Position numbers and translations under genes: made by a program
From: an uncultured delta proteobacterium
GTDB taxonomy: Bacteria > Desulfobacterota > Syntrophia > Syntrophales > Smithellaceae
DNA: 53,663 nt
Direction of reading: 5' to 3'
Assembly (NCBI GenBank): GCA_903904655.1
Contig: CAIVDK010000150.1
Span: 1 to 53,663, forward strand
Shown here: positions 23,690-34,423 of the stretch, one piece after another
How positions within the stretch are numbered: position 1 is the first letter of the stretch
Layout: every line of letters starts with the position of its first letter
The notes under the pieces: model-generated
Databases searched by the model: none
Told to the model about the DNA's origin: nothing
The model's input: the letters and a program-made list of their open reading frames with translations, nothing else

Positions 23690-24010
23690 CCGAAAACCTT
23701 CCGCTGGAGCTTCTACGTGCGTAGCCTTCGTTTTAGAACCTTCACGCTGGTTTGCTCCCTAAGGCCGGATCGCCCCGCGCTATCCTGTAAATTGTCGCCG
23801 CCCTCCCCCAGGCAAGAAGTTTGGGTATCCTGTCTAAATGACGTCTTGCTCAGCCAACAGGAGAACCAAGTTCGACGTTAGCAGCTTAAGCTGCTAAAGC
23901 GTAATCGTAGTTTTCTGCGATTATATGTTTCCTACCTGTTTAACGAGGCCTGTAGGAACCTCGGCACGCTTCTACAACTTCAAATGTCCCCGTCGAAACC
24001 GTTACGCCCC
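23659..24010 (-). ncRNA. ssrA: tmRNA (SsrA), 352 nt, tag peptide AENYDYALAA
   Basis: The minus strand starts GGGGGCGUAACGGUUUCGACGGGG and ends GGGUUCAAUUCCCGCCGCCUCCACCA. The acceptor stem has a G3:U pair. The tag reading frame is GCA GAA AAC UAC GAU UAC GCU UUA GCA GCU UAA (23885-23917). smpB lies 750 bp away. Confidence 0.9.
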
Positions 24011-24028
24011 CTTTAGTTTTTTGTAGCT

Positions 24029-24057
24029 TACTATAGTAAGTAAATAGGCATTTGTCA
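24029..24057 (-). promoter_or_regulatory. ssrA promoter candidate
   Basis: The minus strand reads TTGACA, then 17 nt, then TATAGT. The -10 ends 18 nt before the mature tmRNA 5' end. Confidence 0.5.
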
Positions 24058-24136
24058 AAACAAAACCGTTTTTATGACATAAAACCATCCACATCCGCCA
24101 GCGGAGGACATGAAATGATACGGCGCGAATTTTGCG

Positions 24137-24637
24137 TCAGCATGAAACGTCGGATTTATGGTGCTTTTTTTCTTTTTTCTTTTCCGCCATACGCATCTGC
24201 TTTCTTTCTGCTGCTTCTTGATTACGATGTTGATCCTCGGCCGTCTCTAAAATCAATGGTGGCAGTTCAATTGGCCGTTTATTGACGTCCAGAGCAACAA
24301 ACGTCAGGTAGGCGGAACCTGTGTGACGATTTTCACCGGTTATCAGATTTTCCGATTCTACACGAACGCCGACTTCCATAGATGTTTTACCAACATAGTT
24401 CACGGAGGCTTTAAGGGTCAATAAATCACCTACATAAACCGGATAGTGAAAATCCAACCGGTCGATGGATGCTGTCACGACATGCATCCGTGCGTGACGC
24501 GTAGCCGTGACGCCTCCGGCTGTATCAATCAGCTTCATAATATCGCCGCCGTGAATATTGCCTGCGGGATTGGCGTTTTCGGGGTTCATGGCCTGCGCTA
24601 TAATCACCCTGCTTTCGCTAACTCTTTTTCCTTCCAT
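24137..24637 (-). CDS. Acyl-CoA thioesterase (hotdog fold, YciA-like)
   Basis: The sequence NPAGNIHGGDIMKLIDTAGGVTATRHA...VVTASIDRLDFHYPVYVGDLL supports the call. I start at ATG 24637, which is preceded by GAGGAATTCG. Confidence 0.8.
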   Translation of the reverse strand: MEGKRVSESRVIIAQAMNPENANPAGNIHGGDIMKLIDTAGGVTATRHARMHVVTASIDRLDFHYPVYVGDLLTLKASVNYVGKTSMEVGVRVESENLITGENRHTGSAYLTFVALDVNKRPIELPPLILETAEDQHRNQEAAERKQMRMAEKKKEKKHHKSDVSC

Positions 24638-24758
24638 CGAATTCCTCGTACCTCGTATTTCGTTTCTCGTGAAGCATACAACGGCGTCCTGGGAAAACTT
24701 AGACACCCCAACCAGCGGGGGACAACGCCTGGACTCTGACCTCTGGCTCGTTATGATC

Positions 24759-25235
24759 TTAGACTTTTATCTGCTTGGTTTTAAAATCCCGGGCTAATGT
24801 ACGCCGTTCTTCACGATCCTTGATATCCTCACGGCGATCATATAATTTTTTACCCTTGCCGATACCGATTTCCACTTTGACCCTGCCGTCTTTAAAATAG
24901 AGTTTGAGCGGAACCAGCGCCAATCCCTTTTCCCGCGACTTGCCGTAGAGCTTTTTAATCTCCCGTTTATGCAGGAGAAGCTTGCGCGGTCGCAGCGGTT
25001 CGTGATTGGATCGGTTGCCATGATCGTAATGACTGATGTGCATCTCGCGCAGGTAAACCTCGTCGTCTTTCACAACAGCATAACTGTCTTTCAGGTTGGC
25101 TTTGCCTGCGCGCAGTGCCTTAACCTCTGTTCCCGACAAGACCATACCGGCTTCGTAGGTATCGCCGATATCATAATGGAGGCGTGCCGTTTTGTTAGAT
25201 GCGATCAGTCTTTGTGCTGTATTTTCTTTTCCCAT
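24759..25235 (-). CDS. smpB: SsrA-binding protein SmpB
   Basis: [42 protein letters not shown]...[11 protein letters not shown] is a classic SmpB sequence. Confidence 0.95.
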   Translation of the reverse strand: MGKENTAQRLIASNKTARLHYDIGDTYEAGMVLSGTEVKALRAGKANLKDSYAVVKDDEVYLREMHISHYDHGNRSNHEPLRPRKLLLHKREIKKLYGKSREKGLALVPLKLYFKDGRVKVEIGIGKGKKLYDRREDIKDREERRTLARDFKTKQIKV

Positions 25236-25285
25236 GGTTCAATTTTACCTTAAAAAATCAGGATTGCTATGTTTTTTATTTAGAA

Positions 25286-26050
25286 CTATTTCGGCCAAGT
25301 CGGCAAATAATCCGGTTTCACATGGCTCATAGCTTTGAAAATATTATGCCGGATGTCTGGATTGTCGCGCTCCAAGTCGTTCAAAAGTTTTTTCACATAA
25401 ATCCTTTTCGAATTCTCACTGGTCGGGCATTCGTTTTTGACCGTTGGAAATTGCCGTTCGCGACTGTATTTTTTGACCAGTCCCTCCTGCAAATAGGCGA
25501 GCGGACGGATAATATGCAGTTTGCCGCCGAATAGGCTCTGATTCGGCATCATCGTGCTGATTTCACGCCCGTAAAACATATTGATCAGCAGCGTTTCGAT
25601 AATATCGTCACGATGGTGGGCAAAAGCAATCTTGTTGCAGCCTTTTTCATCCGCGATTTCAAAAATTCTTTTCCGCCGCAGACGCGAACACAAAAAACAA
25701 GGGTTTTTCTTGTTAAAATCCGAATGCGAAAGCACTCCGATGTCGGTCTTTTCCATTACATACGGGTATTGATGTTCCTGAAAGTATTTCTCCAATTCCC
25801 GATAGGCAATGAAATCCTGATCAAAACCCATGTCGATATTGACGGCGATAAAAGAAAACCGGGGAACGAAGACCATCTTTGAATCGAGCAAATCCAGAAG
25901 CGCGTAACTGTCCGCTCCGCCGGAGACACCGATCAATACGCAGTCTCCTTCTTCAATCATGGCATAATCCAGCACGGCTTTTTCCAGCCATTTTTTTAAA
26001 TGGAGAAAGAGCTTGGTGTTTTTTTCTTTTTTATCAACACTCGTCTGCAA
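25286..26050 (-). CDS. ttcA: PP-loop ATPase, tRNA 2-thiocytidine synthase (TtcA)-like
   Basis: The SGGADS PP-loop (IGVSGGADSYALL) is present, with CFLCSRLRR and CPTSENS Cys motifs. Confidence 0.7.
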   Translation of the reverse strand: MQTSVDKKEKNTKLFLHLKKWLEKAVLDYAMIEEGDCVLIGVSGGADSYALLDLLDSKMVFVPRFSFIAVNIDMGFDQDFIAYRELEKYFQEHQYPYVMEKTDIGVLSHSDFNKKNPCFLCSRLRRKRIFEIADEKGCNKIAFAHHRDDIIETLLINMFYGREISTMMPNQSLFGGKLHIIRPLAYLQEGLVKKYSRERQFPTVKNECPTSENSKRIYVKKLLNDLERDNPDIRHNIFKAMSHVKPDYLPTWPK

Positions 26051-26133
26051 ATGCTGTCGACTCCCTTTCGTATTAAAACCGGATTCCTTCTATCTGACTT
26101 GTACAAAGTTATCAAGCTGGTTTGATAATCGCC

Positions 26134-27505
<1,372 letters not shown>

Positions 27506-27524
27506 TCAAGGATAAAAACTTGTA

Positions 27525-27563
27525 AAAAGGCCATGTTCCTGCAATGAGGACATGGCCTTTTTT
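27525..27563. terminator. Bidirectional intrinsic terminator between convergent eno and plsB
   Basis: AAAAA-GGCCATGTTCCT-gcaatg-AGGACATGGCC-TTTTTT: an 11-bp stem with one bulge, flanked by an A-tract and a T-tract. Confidence 0.75.
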
Positions 27564-27569
27564 GGGGAA

Positions 27570-30194
27570 TTAGAGGAACTTGAACAGGCGGCGCCTTAGC
27601 ACTTCCAGTTGCGCCCGATTGTCCGTCAAGCTGTAAGTGAGTTCTCTTTTGCCTCCTTTTTCTTCTCCGGCCTGGGAAATAATCACTTCGGCGTCTTCCA
27701 GAAACTTGATGGCATTCTGATAGTTGGCCTGGGATAGGGCTTCGGCGCGCAATATTTCTCCCTTGCGAAATATGCGGTCTCCCAAAGGCCGGATCTTGGC
27801 CAGCCACTCCTTTTGCGTCAGGGGTTTTTTTTTGAGATAAACCAATCCGCGAATAACAATCCAACAGGATTCCAGATAGTTGTGAATAAGTCCGGCAAAA
27901 GGTTTTAATTTCGCGTCGCCTTTACTTTTAACCTCGATCCAGACTTTGCCTTGGCGCTCAGTGGTGACGATCATGGATCTCGCGTGCAAATAAGCCAGGA
28001 CATCATCCACTTCTTCCACATCATCCCGGGTCTCATCAAAAATAAACTCATTCCATAAAATCCACTTCAGAAACTTGTAGTCCCCCATGATCTTCGCCAG
28101 CGATATGGCATCTTCAGGCGTTTTCACCATGGACGTGGCCACAAAACAAATGGACATAAAAAAATGCAGAATATTGTTTTTGTAGTATTCCAGATTTAAT
28201 CTTTTTGCATCGGCCAGAGAATAAACGATCTCCTGCAGTTCCTCTTCCTCTTCTTCGGCTGCAATCGTGGAAATAATATCCGTCGCAGCAAAAATGTTCA
28301 ATGCGTCGGCAATTGCTTTTTCCCGATGCGCAAACGTTGCGGCGAATTTCACCCGTCGGGTGGATAAGTACTCATAAAACTCGTTTAAAATACCACTCAA
28401 TTCATCATGAGATATCCCGCGCCGGTCATGGCTCAGCAGACCGGCGGCCACCAGCGAAAACGGCGTAACCACAGAAACCTTATTGATCTCTAAAACAACC
28501 TCATAACCGATTTTCCGATAAAGGCTCTGACGTTCATCCAGTGTCATCTCGTCCATAGCCTTATCCTGCGCAGCCAGATAGTCTTTCATGATGATCGGCT
28601 CGCCGATGTTAATATAAACGCGGCCGTATCGTTTGCGCAGGATTTTGGTGCTTTTGATTATTTCAACGGTATTTTCCTGAACCTTGGGCGCGCCGGACAA
28701 TTCATTGAGATATGATCTTTCTTCGATGACACGGTCATAACCGATATAGACGGGCACACAGGCCAGATTCTCGCAATACATATCCTGATAGGCCTGAATA
28801 ATCATCGACAACAGACCGTATTTGGGCATGACCATTTTCCCCGTCCGGCTTCTGCCGCCTTCGATGAAGAATTCCAGGGGAAGACCCTCGTGCAGAAGCG
28901 TAGCAATATATTTGGCAAAGACTTCTCCGTAAAGTTCATTACCCCGAAAACTGCGCCGCAGGAAAAACGCACCGGAGCGGCGAAAAATGTATCCCAGGGG
29001 GAAAAAAGAAAGGTTGTTGCCTGCCGCGATGAACGGCAGCTGAATATTGTTTTTATAAAAGACGTAGGAAAGCAGCAGATAATCAATATGACTGCGGTGG
29101 CAGGAAATGATGACAAAAGGCATTTTCTTCGACAAATTGCGAATTTTGGCAAGCCCTTCGGAATCAACGGACAGTCCGTCATAGACCGTATTCCAAAGCC
29201 AAGTGAGAACCTTCAGCCATATTTCAACAAAAGTCTCCTGGTAATCAGATGCAATTTCGTAAAGATAACGGCGGGCGTCTTTTACAACACCGGCTCTGTC
29301 TTTCTTTGTTTTTTGCGCATAATCATCTATAAACCGGTTAAGATTCGCATCCTGCATCACCATGCCGATTAGCTCCGCACGCGATTTCAACGCAGGTCCG
29401 ACAACGGCTGTTTTCTCTTCTCCTATCCGGTCAATCATTTCTCCGCGCAATTCTTGAATGAGTTCGTCTTTGGGCATATTTTTCCTGCCGCTAGCTAAAT
29501 AATCAGACAGGTTGACCGGCTCTGTAGGAATCACGAAGGCCTGTCTCGAATAGCGGATAAACGTAATCAACCGGCGAAGCGTGCCGGTATGTTCCATCTG
29601 TCCGAAAAGGATATTAAACAGGCTTTCGTCTTCCTTTTCCCGGCGGCGACCATAAGCCACTAGAACCGGTACGATAAAGATGGGAAAGGATATTTTGCTT
29701 TGAAGGTTGGTCAGGCTGGCAAGCGCATCCTGAGCGGAACGGCTTTCAATAAACTCCGACTCACCCAGATGGATGACAATACTTTCTTTCCCCGCGACTT
29801 TTCTTGTCAGAAAATCAATTTTGCCTTGACGGGTGACCTGATCTTTGCGGAAACGGCGCAAAAAGGACGACCAGAAGAATTTCAGCATCTTGGACAGGGG
29901 CTGCCAGAAGGACATGTTCATACCGTGACAATACACCGGTCTGGCCAGACCCTTACGGCCTGCAAGTTCGGCAATGATCAGGCTGTTTAGTTTACTTCTC
30001 TGTTTGATGGCGTAAACGATAACGCCTTCACCGGCAAGTTTTTTGAGAGCATTAACTTCTTCATCGGCAATGGAAACGCGCGAAAGATAAGCTTTTGCGG
30101 GACGAAAACGCCAGATATCCTCTTTTTCATAAAGACATCCGGCATAGTATTCATCTTCCTGATAATCGGTAACTTTTGGTAATTTTTCACTCAT
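27570..30194 (-). CDS. plsB: Glycerol-3-phosphate acyltransferase PlsB
   Basis: The 874-aa protein has the H(X)4D acyltransferase motif (CHRSHIDYLLL), plus FFIEGGRSRTGK and VPVYIGYDRV blocks. Confidence 0.85.
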   Translation of the reverse strand: MSEKLPKVTDYQEDEYYAGCLYEKEDIWRFRPAKAYLSRVSIADEEVNALKKLAGEGVIVYAIKQRSKLNSLIIAELAGRKGLARPVYCHGMNMSFWQPLSKMLKFFWSSFLRRFRKDQVTRQGKIDFLTRKVAGKESIVIHLGESEFIESRSAQDALASLTNLQSKISFPIFIVPVLVAYGRRREKEDESLFNILFGQMEHTGTLRRLITFIRYSRQAFVIPTEPVNLSDYLASGRKNMPKDELIQELRGEMIDRIGEEKTAVVGPALKSRAELIGMVMQDANLNRFIDDYAQKTKKDRAGVVKDARRYLYEIASDYQETFVEIWLKVLTWLWNTVYDGLSVDSEGLAKIRNLSKKMPFVIISCHRSHIDYLLLSYVFYKNNIQLPFIAAGNNLSFFPLGYIFRRSGAFFLRRSFRGNELYGEVFAKYIATLLHEGLPLEFFIEGGRSRTGKMVMPKYGLLSMIIQAYQDMYCENLACVPVYIGYDRVIEERSYLNELSGAPKVQENTVEIIKSTKILRKRYGRVYINIGEPIIMKDYLAAQDKAMDEMTLDERQSLYRKIGYEVVLEINKVSVVTPFSLVAAGLLSHDRRGISHDELSGILNEFYEYLSTRRVKFAATFAHREKAIADALNIFAATDIISTIAAEEEEEELQEIVYSLADAKRLNLEYYKNNILHFFMSICFVATSMVKTPEDAISLAKIMGDYKFLKWILWNEFIFDETRDDVEEVDDVLAYLHARSMIVTTERQGKVWIEVKSKGDAKLKPFAGLIHNYLESCWIVIRGLVYLKKKPLTQKEWLAKIRPLGDRIFRKGEILRAEALSQANYQNAIKFLEDAEVIISQAGEEKGGKRELTYSLTDNRAQLEVLRRRLFKFL

Positions 30195-30244
30195 AAATAA
30201 TCCGGTTTCTTCTGCAGAGTTATCGGCAAATAAGTGTCTTGAAA

Positions 30245-32029
30245 CTATGTTTCTTTCTTCTGAAATTCATCCGGAAAATGATCGCTCATATAATCCTGAA
30301 CATAAGCCCGCACGTCCACGGCATTATTATAAGACATCGCCTGTTTCAACAATTCACGGGATTCCGAAAGCGTTGACTGTTGTATGATTCTTTTAATGCG
30401 GGGAATCGCCAGGTGATTCATGCTTAATTCATCCAATTGCATTCCTAAAAGGATCAGACAGAAAAGCGGGTCTCCGGCCATTTCACCGCACATGGCGACG
30501 CGAATCTTTGCCGCATGGGCCTCGTCCACAATCCCCTTGATCAATCTCAAAACAGCGGGATGCAGTGGTTCGTAAAGATACGTTACCCTTTCGTTAGAAC
30601 GGTCAATCGCCAGGGAGTATTGAATTAAATCATTGGTGCCGATGCTGAAATAATCAACTTCCTGCGCCAGCTGATCGGCAATGACGGCGGCCGCAGGCAC
30701 TTCGATCATTGCCCCAATTTCCATCCGGTCGGCGATCGGCACCCCCTGGGCCAAAAGCTCCTGACGGGTCTCTTCCAGCAAACGCTTGGCTTCACGGACT
30801 TCTTCGATGCCGGAAATCATCGGGAAAAGAATTTTTACTCTGCCCAAGGCACTCACACGCCAGATGGCGCGAAGCTGCGCCTTGAAAAGCTCGATCTCTT
30901 TCAGGCAAAAACGAATGGCACGTAATCCCATTTGTGGGTTTAATTCTTTAGCCTGTTTCTGGTAGCTGGGAAATTTGTCACCGCCTAAATCAAATGTGCG
31001 GATAGTTGCCCACAACAAATTTTTCTCGGTCACCACCTGACGATAATTATTGAAATGGTCTTCCTCCGTCGGTAAATCATCCCGGTAAATATAAAGAAAC
31101 TCCGTCCGGTAAAGCCCGATGTACTCCGCTCCGTGAACAATCGCCGAAGGAATCTCCTCGATAAATTCGATGTTGGAACCTATTTGCACATGGTAATGAT
31201 CCAGCGTAACGGCCGGCAGCTTGGCATATTTAAGATACTCGTCTTTGGCATCGTCATAATGACGCTTCTTTTCTTCGTATCTTTTGAGCATATCGGGATA
31301 TGGATTGACCACGACGAGTCCCGACGTGCCGTCCACAATGATTTCATCGCCGGTCCGGACGAAGCGAGTGACATTATCCAAGCCGACGACAGCGGGCAAT
31401 TCCATCGATCGGGCCACAATGGCGGTATGCGACGTGCGACCGCCGCTGTCGGTGGCAAAGCCGACGATTTTGTCCAGTTTCATCTGCGCCGTATCGGCCG
31501 GCGACAGATCGTGTGAAACGATCACCACACCTTCATGACCAACTTCCCAGATAATTTCATGTTTTTCACCGGACAGATTGCGCAGGATTCGCTGAACAAC
31601 ATACTGCACATCACTGATGCGGCCGCTGATATAAACATCTTCCACGCCCTCAAATATCTGTTTGTAATGATCCAACGTCATGCGCACCGCCCATTCGGCG
31701 TTGACACCCAAACGGCGTATATATTTGACAGTGCGATTGATAAAATTTTTGTCCGCTAAAAGTAAAACGTGAACATCGATAATATAGAGCGGCTCGGTTA
31801 CTTTTGTTTTTTTCAGATTTTCCTGAATCTCCAAAAGCTGTCTTGATGATTCTTTCAGCGCATTCTTAAAACGCTCAATTTCGTTTGGGATCAAATCGTT
31901 GTTGTTGAGTTTATAAAAAGATATCTGAGCATCCAGCGGATCAAATCGGTAAACTTTGCCAATCACCACACCCGGAGAAACGCCAATCCCCTTAAGAACA
32001 AATGTTTTTTTCCCCTGATCAGCTGTCAT
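30245..32029 (-). CDS. ptsI: Phosphoenolpyruvate-protein phosphotransferase (PTS Enzyme I)
   Basis: The active-site His region is GGRTSHTAIVARSM. FSIGTNDLIQY and CGEMAGDP are also present. Confidence 0.92.
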   Translation of the reverse strand: MTADQGKKTFVLKGIGVSPGVVIGKVYRFDPLDAQISFYKLNNNDLIPNEIERFKNALKESSRQLLEIQENLKKTKVTEPLYIIDVHVLLLADKNFINRTVKYIRRLGVNAEWAVRMTLDHYKQIFEGVEDVYISGRISDVQYVVQRILRNLSGEKHEIIWEVGHEGVVIVSHDLSPADTAQMKLDKIVGFATDSGGRTSHTAIVARSMELPAVVGLDNVTRFVRTGDEIIVDGTSGLVVVNPYPDMLKRYEEKKRHYDDAKDEYLKYAKLPAVTLDHYHVQIGSNIEFIEEIPSAIVHGAEYIGLYRTEFLYIYRDDLPTEEDHFNNYRQVVTEKNLLWATIRTFDLGGDKFPSYQKQAKELNPQMGLRAIRFCLKEIELFKAQLRAIWRVSALGRVKILFPMISGIEEVREAKRLLEETRQELLAQGVPIADRMEIGAMIEVPAAAVIADQLAQEVDYFSIGTNDLIQYSLAIDRSNERVTYLYEPLHPAVLRLIKGIVDEAHAAKIRVAMCGEMAGDPLFCLILLGMQLDELSMNHLAIPRIKRIIQQSTLSESRELLKQAMSYNNAVDVRAYVQDYMSDHFPDEFQKKET

Positions 32030-32037
32030 CTTATCGT

Positions 32038-32307
32038 TTATTCTTCTCCAAATTTATTTTCAATCAACGCTTCGAGTTCATCCAGCGCCTGAGCTGCGTC
32101 AGCGCCCTGGGCTCTCACTGTTATCATGCCGCCCATCGGACAGGCAAGTGTCAAAATTCCCAGGATACTCTTTCCATTCACGGTTTGACCATTGCGCTCA
32201 ATCAATATTTCCGCGCCGTACTTCTGAGCGATGCGAACAAATGACGCAGCCGCGCGCGCATGCATTCCTAATTTATTTTTTAGTTTTAATGTTTTCATTT
32301 CTACCAC
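32038..32307 (-). CDS. ptsH: Phosphocarrier protein HPr
   Basis: NKLGMHARAAASFV contains His15 and GKSILGILTLA contains Ser46. The protein is 89 aa. Confidence 0.9.
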   Translation of the reverse strand: MVEMKTLKLKNKLGMHARAAASFVRIAQKYGAEILIERNGQTVNGKSILGILTLACPMGGMITVRAQGADAAQALDELEALIENKFGEE

Positions 32308-33056
32308 ACCAATAACTCTCTTAACGAAATAATCAGAAATATAACCATTGTACCGTACAGAATATAAACTTGCGATACGCCTTTTTTAATTAACAACCAG
32401 CAAAGCAAAATGATGGCCAGCGCTGCCAGCGCCACAATCATCCATGATGTTGCGGCAAAGGTCAAATACCCGTCTTGTAAAAGCCAGATGCCACAACCCG
32501 ACAGGACCACCAGAGACAACCATCGCACCCGGGGTGCAATGCGCGGCAAATCAGTTCTACGGATAAATTCAATGCCCTGCTTCCCCCCCCGGTAACCTTC
32601 AATAAATCCCCTCAATCTTACCCAGATATGCGCGGGTGTGTATATCAGCATAAAGGCTAACGGGGCGAAGATCCAGCCCATCCAAGCCAAAGCAACCGCA
32701 AATATTCCCGCGCAGGGCCTGAGCGCACCCCAGAAAAAGGTATCACCAATCGCGGCGTATGGGCCCGTCAGGCTTTGTTTAACCCTCATGATGGATGAGG
32801 GTTCATCACCATCTCGCCGCTCTTCTTCCATGCGGATTATCAAGCCAATCAGCGGCGCAGATAAATAGGGATGCGTGTTAAACATCTGCAAGTTGCGGAT
32901 CAGCATCTCTTCTTCATCCCTTCTGGATAATTTCCGTTCCCGGAGAAATGGAATCATCGTATACGCAAAACCAATATTTTGCATGCGTCGGAAGTTTAGC
33001 GTGGCATGGATGAAAAAAGATCTCAAAAATATTATAATTAAAGACCCTTTTTTCAT
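32301..33056 (-). CDS. PTS mannose-family IID-like membrane protein (orphan)
   Basis: LNFRRMQNIGFAYTMIPFL...FNTHPYLSAPLIGLIIRMEE matches EIID-AGA signatures. No IIA, IIB or IIC gene is seen in the window. Confidence 0.65.
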   Translation of the reverse strand: MKKGSLIIIFLRSFFIHATLNFRRMQNIGFAYTMIPFLRERKLSRRDEEEMLIRNLQMFNTHPYLSAPLIGLIIRMEEERRDGDEPSSIMRVKQSLTGPYAAIGDTFFWGALRPCAGIFAVALAWMGWIFAPLAFMLIYTPAHIWVRLRGFIEGYRGGKQGIEFIRRTDLPRIAPRVRWLSLVVLSGCGIWLLQDGYLTFAATSWMIVALAALAIILLCWLLIKKGVSQVYILYGTMVIFLIISLRELLVW

Positions 33057-33315
33057 TCTTTACGGCCCCAAACGCATATATCTTGATTATTTTCCTATTT
33101 TTATTTGCCGAGAAAGTTAACATAGATGACCATCTAAGTCAATTTAATCAGGGGAAAGAAGAAGTTTAATTTTTCTTGACAGGCTTTTTTTTTGTTGTTA
33201 AGGACACGCCGGTTTTAATGTCAAGGACGACTGTGGATATTTCTTTATTTATTGTCTTTTTTCGCAACGTCTAAAAAATATCGCGTAATTTATTATATGA
33301 AGGGGGTCGTACAAA

Positions 33316-33597
33316 ATGCTTTGTCAGACAGTTAAAAATGGAGTGGAATGTGGTTTCATGAGCAAAAAAGGCTGTGGATTCTTCGGCGGCAGCTGTATTC
33401 TGATAATCGACAAATGCGGTGATTGTAATAAAATTCTTGAGTACGAATCAGGCAAATATTGCAAGGTCTATCCTGATCCAAAAAGCAAGTGGATAAACGG
33501 CAACTGCCCCACCGCATCACACATTAAAACAGAAATTAAAGAAGCTCAGAAGATTAACCCGCTCAAAGCTTCGAAAAGAGCAAGCAAGAAGAAATAA
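33316..33597 (+). CDS. Small Cys-rich protein (8 Cys, PxxKW motif) with Lys-rich tail
   Basis: Cys residues are at positions 3, 12, 20, 27, 34, 37, 49 and 64. The motif YPDPKSKWINGNCP is present. The RBS AAGGGGG lies 9 nt upstream of the ATG, and the gene is followed by a strong terminator. Confidence 0.55.
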   Translation: MLCQTVKNGVECGFMSKKGCGFFGGSCILIIDKCGDCNKILEYESGKYCKVYPDPKSKWINGNCPTASHIKTEIKEAQKINPLKASKRASKKK

Positions 33598-33619
33598 CGC
33601 TTGATGGTCTCCAAAAGCT

Positions 33620-33651
33620 AAAAAGCCGGCAATCATCATTGCCGGCTTTTT
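33620..33651. terminator. Bidirectional intrinsic terminator (convergent Cys-rich gene / merR-family gene)
   Basis: AAAAAGCCGGCAAT-catc-ATTGCCGGCTTTTT is a perfect 14-bp stem. Confidence 0.75.
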
Positions 33652-33988
33652 AGCTCATGATCTTTCTTATTTGCTGCAATTCCCTTTTAATTAAAATTAA
33701 TTTTTCATGATGGCCGGCGGTAAGAACCGATTCATCATCGTTGCTCTTTTTCATCAGCTGTTTTTTGGCGCCATTGATAGTAAACCGCTGCTGATAGAGC
33801 AAATTGCGAATCGTTAATAATTCCTCCACGTCTTTTTTTCGATACAGACGCTGAGCCGCCTTGGTCCGCACCGGTTTGACCGTCTTAAATTCCGTCTCCC
33901 AGTAACGAATGACATAAGGTTCAACACTGAGAATTTTGCTCACTTCTCCAATACGGAAATAAGCCTTTTCGGGAATTATGTTATCCAT
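33650..33988 (-). CDS. MerR-family transcriptional regulator
   Basis: FRIGEVSKILSVEPYVIRYWETEF...RLYRKKDVEELLTIRNLL is a MerR HTH. It is the last gene of the conserved pheST-ihfA-merR arrangement. Confidence 0.85.
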   Translation of the reverse strand: MDNIIPEKAYFRIGEVSKILSVEPYVIRYWETEFKTVKPVRTKAAQRLYRKKDVEELLTIRNLLYQQRFTINGAKKQLMKKSNDDESVLTAGHHEKLILIKRELQQIRKIMS

Positions 33989-34114
33989 ACAATTCCTGAA
34001 TCCTTAAGGAGAAACATATCTGACAACCTAAAACATTAAAAAACTCCCAATCTAAAACCGAATGGGAAAATCCTTTTAAATGTTCAATGTCATCGGTGCA
34101 GTTGAATAAAATTA

Positions 34115-34390
34115 TTAACCGTTTAAAGATTTACGCAGTACCTGAGAGGACTTAAAAGTCAAAACCCGGCGTGCGGTAATGGATATTTCCTGTCCGGTCT
34201 GGGGATTACGGCCTCGTCGGGCACGTTTCTCTTTCACCATAAAATTCCCGAAACCGGAAATCTTTACCCTCTCGCCTAGTGCAAGACTGTCTTTGATGAT
34301 GTCAAACACGGATTCAACAATATCCGCTGATTCTTTTTTTGAAAATCCGAGTTTTTCGTAAACATTCTGAATAATATCAATCTTCGTCAT
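34115..34390 (-). CDS. ihfA: Integration host factor alpha subunit (HU/IHF family)
   Basis: The sequence is GFGNFMVKEKRARRGRNPQTGQEISITARRVLTFKSS. Confidence 0.85.
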   Translation of the reverse strand: MTKIDIIQNVYEKLGFSKKESADIVESVFDIIKDSLALGERVKISGFGNFMVKEKRARRGRNPQTGQEISITARRVLTFKSSQVLRKSLNG

Positions 34391-34423
34391 TTCTTTTCCT
34401 CCGTTTTAACGTCATTTAAACTG

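Noticed and set aside
23678-23881. A 67-aa plus-strand ORF and other small ORFs across 23690-24285.
   Set aside because: They lie antisense to the tmRNA gene, whose structure and tag frame fully explain the region.
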